Source: a virus | Strand: one strand, 5' to 3' | Virus record (IMG/VR): IMGVR_UViG_3300042894_004766 | Span: 35,792 to 99,791 of that record | DNA: 64,000 nt | In this document: in pieces, positions 39,045 through 48,032 of the stretch | How positions within the stretch are numbered: position 1 is the stretch's first letter | Layout: every line of letters begins with the position of its first letter | Notes under the pieces: generated by a model | What the model saw: only the letters and a program-made list of their open reading frames with translations | What the model was told of the DNA's origin: nothing | The model's database searches: none | Translations under genes and position numbers: made by a program

Positions 39045-42000
39045 TTACCAATTGAACCAACTGCTACCACTATTTCCACCACCTGCAACAGATTTAGTCT
39101 GTACATTACCTTCAGATGCACCAGTAATATGTTGATCTAAAGATACCGTAGTTTGATTTATATTACTTAATAATTGAATAATCATGTCTAATTGTGCATG
39201 AGTATCCATTTTTGGTTTACCTCCTGGTTTTCCTGGTGTTGTAGGTGCGGCCTTTTTGTCTCCAACTGCTGGACGTTTTGTTTTCGTACCATCATATTCA
39301 ACCAACTTACTAAATACACTTGCTCTTTCTTCAAGAGTTTTCATCATATTTTCTAAATTATCCTGATTCATTGAAGCTAATACTGCTAAATTACCAGTTA
39401 GATTTCTTATTAGGTTGACCTTCTTACCATCTATTGATGAAAGTGCACCACCAAATTTCCTCAATGATGTTGCTAACTTATCATAAGCACCTGCAATAGT
39501 AATCATACCTCTTGCTGCTTGTGAAATAGGATCTAAACCAAGTAATGATTTAACTCCACTAAAGAAACCAGAATTTTTGTTAGTACTAGTTAGATAATTT
39601 GCTAGTTTTGCATAATCCATTACGTTTTTAGATAAATTCTTCATATAATTAGGATCAATACTTTTTGAAAAAAATTGTCTTCCTGACCATATAGTTTTTG
39701 CTACTCTTACTAATGATAAAGCTACTAAATTAGTTTTCGCCAAACCTATTAAACTTGTATTTGCTAGACGACTACTTAGACTTTTGTATCCAGTTAAATT
39801 TCTCGTTAAACTTGTAACAAAAGCATTATTCATAGTGGTAAAATACCTTTTATTATTATGAATTATTCTTGCAGTTGCCACCATTAAAAGTACAATAACA
39901 TCTATGTTTAAAATACTTGATAAATCAACATTGACTAAACTAGTTGCAAGTTTAACATAATCTTTAATTGATTTTGATATATTAGTTATCCACGTACTTG
40001 GTGGATAAGATTTCCAAACAGCTAGTTTAACTTTACCAAATTTATTAGCAACTGAAACTATTGCATTAGCAACTGTGTTAATTCCATATACCATTTCATT
40101 TGCCGCTTCTGGGCCTGATTTAAACCAACCACTATTTTCATTCATATAAGTAAATACTGGTGCAAATGCTTGTAAAGCTCCTCCAACATTTTTACCCCAG
40201 TCTGCAGAAGGTGTATTTGATAAATCAAACTTAGACTTATTTAGTCCAAAAGCATCTGCTGCTGCAATTATACCATCTACAATAGTTAGAATACCTGTTT
40301 TCATATCTTCTGGTGTAACCTTTACACTAAACATGCCACCACTACTAAGTGCGGCATATACTGGTGCAAATGCTGCTATCGCACCACCAACTCCCTCTGC
40401 CCACTCTTTAGGTGGTCCTCCTTTAAAATCAACTTTTATTGACTTACCATCTTTATCTTTAGGATCAGAAAAATAGTTTGCCGCATCAACAATTCCTTGA
40501 GATACGGTTCTTATTGCATTTGCAAAGTCTTCTGGTCCAACTCCACCACCAAACAAACTCATTATTTTATTGGCTGCTAACATAGCATAGACTGGAGAGA
40601 ATGCCGCTAATGCAAGAGCTATTCCACCTGCCCATTCTAATGTAGGACCACCTTTAAAACTAACTTTCATTGGCTTACCATTTTTATCTTTAGGATCAGA
40701 AAAATAGTTTGCCGCATCAGCAATTCCTTGAGATACTGTTCTTATTGCATTTGAGAATTCATCAGGTCCAATTCCACCGCCAAATAAACTCATTATTTTA
40801 TTTGCTGCCAACATAGCATAGATTGGAGAGAATGCTGCTAATGCAAGAGCTATTCCACCTGCCCATTCTAATGTAGGACCACCTGTAAAATTACCTTTTG
40901 ATAATATTGCCGCGGAATCAACTATTGTTTGTGCAATCAATAAAACTGCTTCACCACCTGCAGCTAATGCTGTCATTCCTAATCCAAACGATAAAAGAAT
41001 TACACTACCTAAACCAGCCATAGCTAAACCAAATGCAGTTAAACTTATACCAACACCCATTGCCCATCCTATACCAGGATAGTTCTCATATTTACCTTTT
41101 GATAAAATATAAGAAGTTGCAACTATTACTGCTGCAATCCCTACTATAGCAAGTGCTCCTAATGCTAGTGCTGCCCCACCAATACCAGTTTCAATTATTA
41201 AACCAAATACTGTTGCAATTAAACCAAATGCTAATATAGAAGCACCTGTACCAAGTGCCCATTCCCAACCAGGATAATTATCATATTTACCTTCTGAAAT
41301 TAAAAGTGATGATACTGCTACAACTCCAGCTAGTATAATCATACATAATCCGCCTTCTATAATCTTCTTAATTCCTATTTTTGCAAGTACAAAAGCTGCA
41401 AATCCCATTGCAATTGCGGATATCGCAAAAACAATAGAGAATACTACAATATTAAATAATAGAGAATAGTCAATTGGAGTAGTTTCTACCAATATTTTAG
41501 AAGATAACATAATCGCAAGTGATAATGCAGTAAATAATAAAGGTAATACAACAACATCTCCTATTTTTATCTTTTTAATTGCAGGTGCCATTAGTTTTAA
41601 AGCAAACGCCAATACAACAAATACTATTGATATACCAATTGCTGTAAAGAATTGATCAAATCCTATAGGAGTTATTTGTGCTAGAAAGAATGATGATGCG
41701 GCTATTGCCATTGACATAGCAATTAGTAATAAAGGCATCAATATTGCGGCAACTGCAGCCTGTGCTGGGTCTAATCCTTTAAATGCACCTATTAGTTTTT
41801 TAATTCCAAATGAAATTACTGTAAACATTGCTGCAATTAAAATACCTGTCAGTGCTTGTGTAAATGATATTGGAACTATCATTTGTAATACCCAAGATGA
41901 TGCTGCAATACCCAATGCTATTGCAGGTAATATTAGAGGTAAGAATAGAATTGCTTTACCTAATGTTGTTATATCAGCTCCTAGTGCGTTTATCAATTTT

Positions 42001-42821
42001 TTAATTCCAAATGCAATTACTGTAAACATACCTGCGATTAAAATAGCGGTTATTGCTTGTGCAAATGATATAGGATTTATAAATGCTAGTACCCAAGATG
42101 ATAGTGTTATTCCTAAAGCTATTGCAGGTAATATTAGAGGTAAAAATAAAATAGATTTCATCAACGTTCCTATATTTTCACCTAGTGCGTTTATCAATTT
42201 TTTAATTCCAAACGCAATTACTGTAAACATACCTGCGATTAAAATAGCAGTTACTGCTTGAGTAAATGATATTGGTTTTATAAAAGATAGTATCCAAGAT
42301 GATACCATAATAGCCATAGACATTATAACCATAGTTGCACCCGCATCAATTGCCTGGTCTTCTGTAATCTCAGCTTCCGCAATCTTTTGAAATGCGTGAG
42401 CTATTAAAACAATTGCTAAACCAAGTGAGACAACTGATAGAAAATCAACCTTACCTATTATTTTAAATGCTAAACCAATTGCTAATACTGCAACAGCGAT
42501 TAAAAGTATTGTAGTTACACCCTTTTTCAGATCACTTTGTTTTTTAGGATCTTCTCCAGTTTCATCAATAGCATTTTTTTTGTCAGAATCTTTTTGTTTC
42601 TGCATCTCTAAAATAGTGTTTTGTTTCTCTAAAATCTTTTTAGTATCTGACTTAATAGATTTCAAACTAGTTGTAATCTCAGTTAGTTGTTTTGAGAAAT
42701 CACCACTTTGAAGAGCATTGGTAGTTGTAGTATTACTACCCTCTTTATTCTCAAGTGCTTTTGAGATCATTTCGAGTGAATCTGATAAATTATTTAATGC
42801 TTCTAATAACTGCTTATCCAT
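39045..42821 (-). CDS. Tape-measure-like protein with hydrophobic Ala/Gly/Ile repeats
   Basis: Long helical, highly hydrophobic protein with 67-aa and 77-aa internal repeats. Late promoter at 42827-42836 fixes the start at 42821. Confidence 0.65.
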   Translation of the reverse strand: MDKQLLEALNNLSDSLEMISKALENKEGSNTTTTNALQSGDFSKQLTEITTSLKSIKSDTKKILEKQNTILEMQKQKDSDKKNAIDETGEDPKKQSDLKKGVTTILLIAVAVLAIGLAFKIIGKVDFLSVVSLGLAIVLIAHAFQKIAEAEITEDQAIDAGATMVIMSMAIMVSSWILSFIKPISFTQAVTAILIAGMFTVIAFGIKKLINALGENIGTLMKSILFLPLILPAIALGITLSSWVLAFINPISFAQAITAILIAGMFTVIAFGIKKLINALGADITTLGKAILFLPLILPAIALGIAASSWVLQMIVPISFTQALTGILIAAMFTVISFGIKKLIGAFKGLDPAQAAVAAILMPLLLIAMSMAIAASSFFLAQITPIGFDQFFTAIGISIVFVVLAFALKLMAPAIKKIKIGDVVVLPLLFTALSLAIMLSSKILVETTPIDYSLLFNIVVFSIVFAISAIAMGFAAFVLAKIGIKKIIEGGLCMIILAGVVAVSSLLISEGKYDNYPGWEWALGTGASILAFGLIATVFGLIIETGIGGAALALGALAIVGIAAVIVATSYILSKGKYENYPGIGWAMGVGISLTAFGLAMAGLGSVILLSFGLGMTALAAGGEAVLLIAQTIVDSAAILSKGNFTGGPTLEWAGGIALALAAFSPIYAMLAANKIMSLFGGGIGPDEFSNAIRTVSQGIADAANYFSDPKDKNGKPMKVSFKGGPTLEWAGGIALALAAFSPVYAMLAANKIMSLFGGGVGPEDFANAIRTVSQGIVDAANYFSDPKDKDGKSIKVDFKGGPPKEWAEGVGGAIAAFAPVYAALSSGGMFSVKVTPEDMKTGILTIVDGIIAAADAFGLNKSKFDLSNTPSADWGKNVGGALQAFAPVFTYMNENSGWFKSGPEAANEMVYGINTVANAIVSVANKFGKVKLAVWKSYPPSTWITNISKSIKDYVKLATSLVNVDLSSILNIDVIVLLMVATARIIHNNKRYFTTMNNAFVTSLTRNLTGYKSLSSRLANTSLIGLAKTNLVALSLVRVAKTIWSGRQFFSKSIDPNYMKNLSKNVMDYAKLANYLTSTNKNSGFFSGVKSLLGLDPISQAARGMITIAGAYDKLATSLRKFGGALSSIDGKKVNLIRNLTGNLAVLASMNQDNLENMMKTLEERASVFSKLVEYDGTKTKRPAVGDKKAAPTTPGKPGGKPKMDTHAQLDMIIQLLSNINQTTVSLDQHITGASEGNVQTKSVAGGGNSGSSWFNW
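40451..40882. repeat. Internal direct repeat, 231-bp period
   Basis: AGGATCAGAAAAATAGTTTGCCGCATC at 40461 and 40692. Protein repeat GGPTLEWAGGIALALAAFSP.YAMLAANKIMSLFGGG... Confidence 0.85.
41780..42305. repeat. Internal direct repeat, 201-bp period (about 3 copies)
   Basis: CCTAGTGCGTTTATCAATTTTTTAATTCCAAA at 41980 and 42181. Protein repeat AILIAGMFTVIAFGIKKLINALG. Confidence 0.85.
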
Positions 42822-42912
42822 AAAAGTATATATTAAAAAACTTAATCCTTTTAACATTTTATATATTTTTTACTATAATAAATAATAATATATAATAAAT
42901 AAAATAAATCAT

Positions 42913-43377
42913 ATGGAGATGGGACTAAAAAAGACTTTGAAGTACTATATTCTTGGTGAATCTTTAAAGGAAATTGAAGCTAATCGTATATTAGATAAAA
43001 TTTCTAAAAAGAAATCACTTTCAGACAGGGAAAAAAGATTTTTAGAATTATATAATCATAAATCTGAAGAAACTCCTAAAGACCATATGTATTTGTCTAA
43101 GAATACAACTTTTGAGAGAGTTAGAAACTTACTTGATACCGGTAAGTCAGTAATTTGTGATTTAAGTGATAGAAATGGTAAAATTGGATTACAAATTCTA
43201 AGTATAGAGAATGTACATTCAGAAGATGATTGTACTATATTTATGAAAGGTGATGAAACATATAAACTTCAAGATAGATTTTTATACAACATAATTTATA
43301 ATCAAAAATTAAACAAGTATTCTCTACAAGAACAAGGTGAATATTATGAAAAAATAGAACAGAGTAATGAAGATTAA
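42913..43377 (+). CDS. Hypothetical protein with DUF6576-like motif
   Basis: ANRILDKISKKKSLSDREKRFL. Confidence 0.65.
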   Translation: MEMGLKKTLKYYILGESLKEIEANRILDKISKKKSLSDREKRFLELYNHKSEETPKDHMYLSKNTTFERVRNLLDTGKSVICDLSDRNGKIGLQILSIENVHSEDDCTIFMKGDETYKLQDRFLYNIIYNQKLNKYSLQEQGEYYEKIEQSNED

Positions 43378-43648
43378 AACATTTGATAACTTTATAAATG
43401 AAGTAAGCGGTACTGAATTAGTTGGTCCAGAAATGGGTATGGGATTTGGAACAACTCCATTGGATAATAATACAATAAGTTCATCAGATACCTCAGTAAT
43501 TTTTAGTGATATAAATAATACAATTTATACACTAGATGATTATAATCAACTATATCAAGATTATCTAAAAGCAGGTGGTGGTCCACTAAATGGATTTACT
43601 AAAGAGAATTTAGATAAAATTATAATTTCTTTACAGGAACAACAGTAG
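43367..43648 (+). CDS. Small CTS-tagged protein
   Basis: Starts MKIKTFDNFINE, the closest match to the T4 IP leader MKTYQEFIAE. Confidence 0.75.
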   Translation: MKIKTFDNFINEVSGTELVGPEMGMGFGTTPLDNNTISSSDTSVIFSDINNTIYTLDDYNQLYQDYLKAGGGPLNGFTKENLDKIIISLQEQQ

Positions 43649-43693
43649 AATACAATATATATAACGAATTGATAAAAAAACAGAAATCAAGTT

Positions 43694-45025
43694 ATGAGTA
43701 AATTAGTTACCTTAAATGGTATAAATGATGAAGAATTATTAAATTCTTTATTTAGTAATGAAATATCTATTATAGAAGATATACAAGGAAGTAAAATTTG
43801 GGTTAATTGGAATGGTAAAGAATTCACTATTAAAACTAAAAGTATTTCAAGTGAGCCAATCAGTCTTATAGATTTGGCGATGCAGAACTATTATAATCCT
43901 GCAATTAATTATTTCAACTCTTTAGATAATAGAGTAAAAAGTCTATTGAATAGAAAATGGTGGTTTTGTTTTGAATATTTTCCAGACGAACAACCTGCTA
44001 ACATAGAGTATAATAGAGTTCCTAAAAATAAATTAGTTTTAACTGCGATAAATAAGTCAGGTAAGTATGAGTTTGTTTTAGAAGAATTGAATGAGTATGC
44101 AAGACTTTTTGATGTTGAGATTATACCAGTTGTTTTTCAAGGAAAACTAACTGATAAAATGATTGAAGCAATTAAATACTTTTTAAATACCAGTGAAGAA
44201 GACTTAGATTATATCTTTGGTGAGAAATCATTTACATTTTTCTTTTATAAAATATTAAATCCACTTTCTGAAGGTTCATTTTTAATGGATGATGATTTTC
44301 AAAAGAATATTGAGAAGTTGATTATTAGAAATAACTCAGATGATATGTCATTTGAACTATTAAATCCTTTATATACTAGATTAGGTGAAAATAATGATAC
44401 TGAGTTTGTTGAAATATACACTTTGATATTGATAAACTTTTTAAACTTCTGTCAATCTGTTGATTTAAAAGATTTAAAATTAAAAGGTTCATCAAAAGAT
44501 GAAATTTATATTTACTTAATATGTAAACTTTATAATATCTATATTAGTGAAGTAAAACAGGATCTATTGGACTTTGATTTTGTAGTACCAGAATTTTTTG
44601 ATAAAGATAAATTTAAAATAAATACAGAACTTATTCTAAATAAAGTAACTAAAGAATATTTATCGGAGTCTGAAAAACTTGAATATATCTTCAAGGTTAT
44701 TCTTGGTTCATTTAGCAAGAAAAGAAAAAAAGCAATTGGTATATTCACTGATAATACAGTAAAATTATTTAATAAGTTTATTGATGATATTGACGATCAC
44801 ATTGGAACTTACTTACAAAGAATTAGTGAGATAGAATTGACAAGAGCTGGTTTATTAGATTTTGGAGATTTCTTTGATATTCAATATGATGTTGATGGAG
44901 AAGGAGAAGTTTATCCAGATGTTTACTCTGAATTTGAAAAAGGAGTATCAAATGATAAAAAGAAAAAAGGTAAAGGTGGTAAAATGCCAATAGAACCAAT
45001 AAATACAACAAAAAAACCTACATAA
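43694..45025 (+). CDS. RNA/DNA ligase-fold protein lacking the catalytic lysine
   Basis: EDIQGS in place of EKxDG, FEYF, ARLFDVEIIPVVFQG, IEKLIIR. Confidence 0.6.
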   Translation: MSKLVTLNGINDEELLNSLFSNEISIIEDIQGSKIWVNWNGKEFTIKTKSISSEPISLIDLAMQNYYNPAINYFNSLDNRVKSLLNRKWWFCFEYFPDEQPANIEYNRVPKNKLVLTAINKSGKYEFVLEELNEYARLFDVEIIPVVFQGKLTDKMIEAIKYFLNTSEEDLDYIFGEKSFTFFFYKILNPLSEGSFLMDDDFQKNIEKLIIRNNSDDMSFELLNPLYTRLGENNDTEFVEIYTLILINFLNFCQSVDLKDLKLKGSSKDEIYIYLICKLYNIYISEVKQDLLDFDFVVPEFFDKDKFKINTELILNKVTKEYLSESEKLEYIFKVILGSFSKKRKKAIGIFTDNTVKLFNKFIDDIDDHIGTYLQRISEIELTRAGLLDFGDFFDIQYDVDGEGEVYPDVYSEFEKGVSNDKKKKGKGGKMPIEPINTTKKPT

Positions 45026-45039
45026 GTGGGTTTTTTTTT
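45010..45039 (+). terminator. Intrinsic terminator
   Basis: AAAAAACCTAC-ATAA-GTGGGTTTTTTT. Confidence 0.7.
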
Positions 45040-45050
45040 ATAATATAGAA

Positions 45051-45260
45051 ATGAAAGAGATAAATTTAAAAATAAAAACAGTTAATGTTGAGACAAAATC
45101 TAGAAAACTTAGATGTGATTGGTCTACAGAGTTAGTAAAAGATGTTAATTCTTTTCATAATATTGATGCGGAGGCAGAATTAGAAAGGTTAGTGGTTGGT
45201 GAGATTAGAAAACAAAATAGAAAGAAAAAAATTGAAAATTTAACCAAACATACTGTTTAA
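45051..45260 (+). CDS. 69-aa stand-alone fragment of the major capsid protein (gp23-like)
   Basis: VETKSRKLRCDWSTELVKDVNSFHNIDAEAELERLVVGEI aligns to gp23 AKSRxLKAxYSxELAQDLxAxHGxDAxAELxxILxxEI. Confidence 0.8.
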   Translation: MKEINLKIKTVNVETKSRKLRCDWSTELVKDVNSFHNIDAEAELERLVVGEIRKQNRKKKIENLTKHTV

Positions 45261-45276
45261 TTTTGATATAAAAACT

Positions 45277-46509
45277 ATGTATATTGAAAACGTAATAGTC
45301 ACTAAAGAAAGCTCTGAAAGCGTAGCAAAACGCATAGATGATAAATTGTTTTCTCTTCAATTTTTGCCAGAATGTTTATATGGAATATCAACTGTAAAGT
45401 CATTAGAATTTAATGGAGTTAAACTTAAAACAAACTATTTAATTGATATAGTACATAATTTAATATTAAAGTATTACTTCAAAAAAGAAAATAGATTCGC
45501 ACTAAATGCAACTATTCTAAAGGATAAGTATGGTTATCTTTATAATTATTATATCAACTACTTAGTTTCAAATGGTATTTTGATACTTAAAACAAATTAT
45601 CAAAACGGAGTTACATCAAGAATATATGGTTTAGATGAAAGAATATTTACTAATAAAATAAAAAGATATAAAAATCTTGATAAAGTTCTACTAAAAAAGT
45701 TTAAAAATAAATTTATTGATATGATTCATATCAATGATACTTCTAAAGTGAGTTTAATTGAACCACTTATAAAGGAAAAATTAGTCTCTGATTTATTCAG
45801 TGTTAAAATCGAATATGATAGGGCTATTTTCTTTCTAGACTCCTTAAAACATCAAGATATAGACATCTATAACAGAAACATATACTCTGTTGATTGTATC
45901 AATGATAAACATATTTTTTACCACTTTGATGATTATGGTCGAATGCACACAAACTATACTATTCTTAAATCATTTATTAGAAAAAACTGTTTACTTATAG
46001 ATGGTGAAGAAACTTGTGAGATCGACATACCCAACAGCCAACCACTCTTTCTAACTAAAATAATTGATATGGATTCTAATCTAGTAGATCAAAAGGAACT
46101 TCTCTTATTTAAAAAACTTACCATATCAGGAACATATTATCAATATGTTATGAATCAATTAGGTGAGAGTAATAAGAAAAGAGTTAAAGAGATGACATAT
46201 AAGGTTCTTTTTGGAAGAAATATTGCTACAAGTAAAGTAGATAAGGATTTTAAAAAGTTATTTCCAACAATTCATCAGTTTATTAAAAATTATAAAAAAG
46301 AAAATGGTGATTATAGAGTTCTGGCATATGACTTACAAAAGGCGGAATCGGATTTAGTCTTTAATACCGTTATAAAGAAAGTAATGCAATTTTATCCAGA
46401 GATAAAACTAATAACAATTCATGATAGTATCGTTATACCTAGAAAATATAAGGAAGAAGTCAATCAAATTTTTGAGATAGAGCTCAAAAAAGAGTTTAAC
46501 ATAAACTAA
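45277..46509 (+). CDS. Minimal family-A polymerase / T7-RNAP-like palm protein with N-terminal wHTH-like region
   Basis: DDYGRMH, motif A EIDIPNSQP, motif B KRVKEMTYKVLFG, LQKAES, motif C TIHDS. No exonuclease domain. Confidence 0.75.
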   Translation: MYIENVIVTKESSESVAKRIDDKLFSLQFLPECLYGISTVKSLEFNGVKLKTNYLIDIVHNLILKYYFKKENRFALNATILKDKYGYLYNYYINYLVSNGILILKTNYQNGVTSRIYGLDERIFTNKIKRYKNLDKVLLKKFKNKFIDMIHINDTSKVSLIEPLIKEKLVSDLFSVKIEYDRAIFFLDSLKHQDIDIYNRNIYSVDCINDKHIFYHFDDYGRMHTNYTILKSFIRKNCLLIDGEETCEIDIPNSQPLFLTKIIDMDSNLVDQKELLLFKKLTISGTYYQYVMNQLGESNKKRVKEMTYKVLFGRNIATSKVDKDFKKLFPTIHQFIKNYKKENGDYRVLAYDLQKAESDLVFNTVIKKVMQFYPEIKLITIHDSIVIPRKYKEEVNQIFEIELKKEFNIN

Positions 46510-46525
46510 AAATAATATATAAGAA

Positions 46526-46684
46526 ATGAAAACATTTTATTTAAGAATAAAGAATACGAAAGAAGTTTTAATAAAAACATCTTGTTATAGTATCGAACAA
46601 GCAATTGATTACTTTTCAAAAGTTAAACAATTACCAAAAAAAGATTTAGTAAGTATATTCTTGATTACTGAATCGAAAAAATAA
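46526..46684 (+). CDS. Small hypothetical protein, 52 aa (not in ORF track)
   Basis: Manual translation MKTFYLRIKNTKEVLIKTSCYSIEQAIDYFSKVKQLPKKDLVSIFLITESKK. ATAATATATA upstream. Confidence 0.6.
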   Translation: MKTFYLRIKNTKEVLIKTSCYSIEQAIDYFSKVKQLPKKDLVSIFLITESKK

Positions 46685-46694
46685 TATATACTTT

Positions 46695-47234
46695 GTGAAT
46701 TTAGAAAACCCAAATATATCTTATCTTATATTATCATCTGATGGATTAGATGATATGACATCTGTTCTTTATGCCAAAGATTATCAGATACTTCCCTTAC
46801 AAACTTATTATAAAGAATCTTTTGATAATTCTGCTATGGGTTATAGTGATGTTGATAATGATACATTGAGAAAAGATGTTATTTTCTTATTAAATCATTT
46901 TCATCAAGAATCGGCAATTATAAAATATAAAGGTGAAAAAACTCCAAGAAGAATCTATAGAACAGGTGCAGAGAAACTATTAGAAATCAATATGTTTAAT
47001 ACTGATTCTGAAAATGTTTCATATTTATATAGAGGATTATCATTTTCTTTTGTTGAATCAAAAAGATATTGGATTCCTAAATCTAAAGAAGATTTTAAAG
47101 TAGGTATGATCGTTGAATATCTTAATAATAATCAATGGTCTCAAAAAGTAGTTGAAAATCCTAATGATGAATGGGAACGAATGTATAAACTTCTTTTAAA
47201 GTATGATAAAGTTAGAGTACAATCTATAAATTAA
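46695..47234 (+). CDS. Hypothetical protein, possible SAM-lyase-like fold
   Basis: PLQTYYKESFDNS...LLNHFHQESAII. GTG start. Confidence 0.45.
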   Translation: MNLENPNISYLILSSDGLDDMTSVLYAKDYQILPLQTYYKESFDNSAMGYSDVDNDTLRKDVIFLLNHFHQESAIIKYKGEKTPRRIYRTGAEKLLEINMFNTDSENVSYLYRGLSFSFVESKRYWIPKSKEDFKVGMIVEYLNNNQWSQKVVENPNDEWERMYKLLLKYDKVRVQSIN

Positions 47235-47260
47235 AAAACCTCTCAAATTGAGAGGTTTTT
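47233..47260. terminator. Bidirectional intrinsic terminator
   Basis: AAAAACCTCTCAA-A-TTGAGAGGTTTTT. Confidence 0.8.
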
Positions 47261-47261
47261 C

Positions 47262-48032
47262 TTATTTTATATGAAACCACATAATTCTATTTTTTAGACT
47301 TGGTGTTTCCTTCATAAAGTATTTATCTTCATCAATTGATTTTATTACAAATAAACCATCTTCACTACCACCATTTATATCTGCTCTTAAAATAATAAAT
47401 TTATCTTTTGAGATTATATTAGATTCAATTAAGGTATAATTTGCTGATTTTACAAGAGTCTTATCTTCAAAATATTTTGATATAGTTTCTGGATGAACAA
47501 TTAAAGTAGTTCCTGGACCACGTCTATTACTCATTGCAATATAACTACCACAACTAACTAATTTAGACATAGTTCTTCTTTGATTATATTCAAAGTTTTC
47601 CCTAGAAGTTTTATCAGGATCATTAGTTATAGTTAAATCAAATGATGACATTCCATTTTTTAAAACAGGTTGTCCTTGTGTAAATTTTTCAATATATTTT
47701 AATAGATCTGTATGTAAATCTTCATAAGAAGTAAATTTAGTTGCTTGTACAGTCATTGAAAATATTTTTGGACTAATAGTCTGTGTATAATTATCATTTT
47801 TTGGTAGATCAACTCTATTATCCCAAGCAGATTCTTGTTTTTCACCAGTTACAATATCAATTGCCAATTCTCGATTTTGTGATTTTACCTTCAATTGTTC
47901 TTCTAATGTGTCTTCTTCTATATAATCCATGTAAGATATAGTAGCAACTGACCCATTATGTTGTTTTTCGGAAAAATTACATAAGTATTTTATTTCCTTT
48001 TTTATTTCATCTTCGGTTTTAGAAAGTATCAT
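47262..48032 (-). CDS. Degenerate major-capsid-protein paralogue
   Basis: PKIFSMTVQA, SKLVSCGSYIAMSNRRGPGTTLIVHP, DKFIILRA..GLFVI. Confidence 0.55.
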   Translation of the reverse strand: MILSKTEDEIKKEIKYLCNFSEKQHNGSVATISYMDYIEEDTLEEQLKVKSQNRELAIDIVTGEKQESAWDNRVDLPKNDNYTQTISPKIFSMTVQATKFTSYEDLHTDLLKYIEKFTQGQPVLKNGMSSFDLTITNDPDKTSRENFEYNQRRTMSKLVSCGSYIAMSNRRGPGTTLIVHPETISKYFEDKTLVKSANYTLIESNIISKDKFIILRADINGGSEDGLFVIKSIDEDKYFMKETPSLKNRIMWFHIK

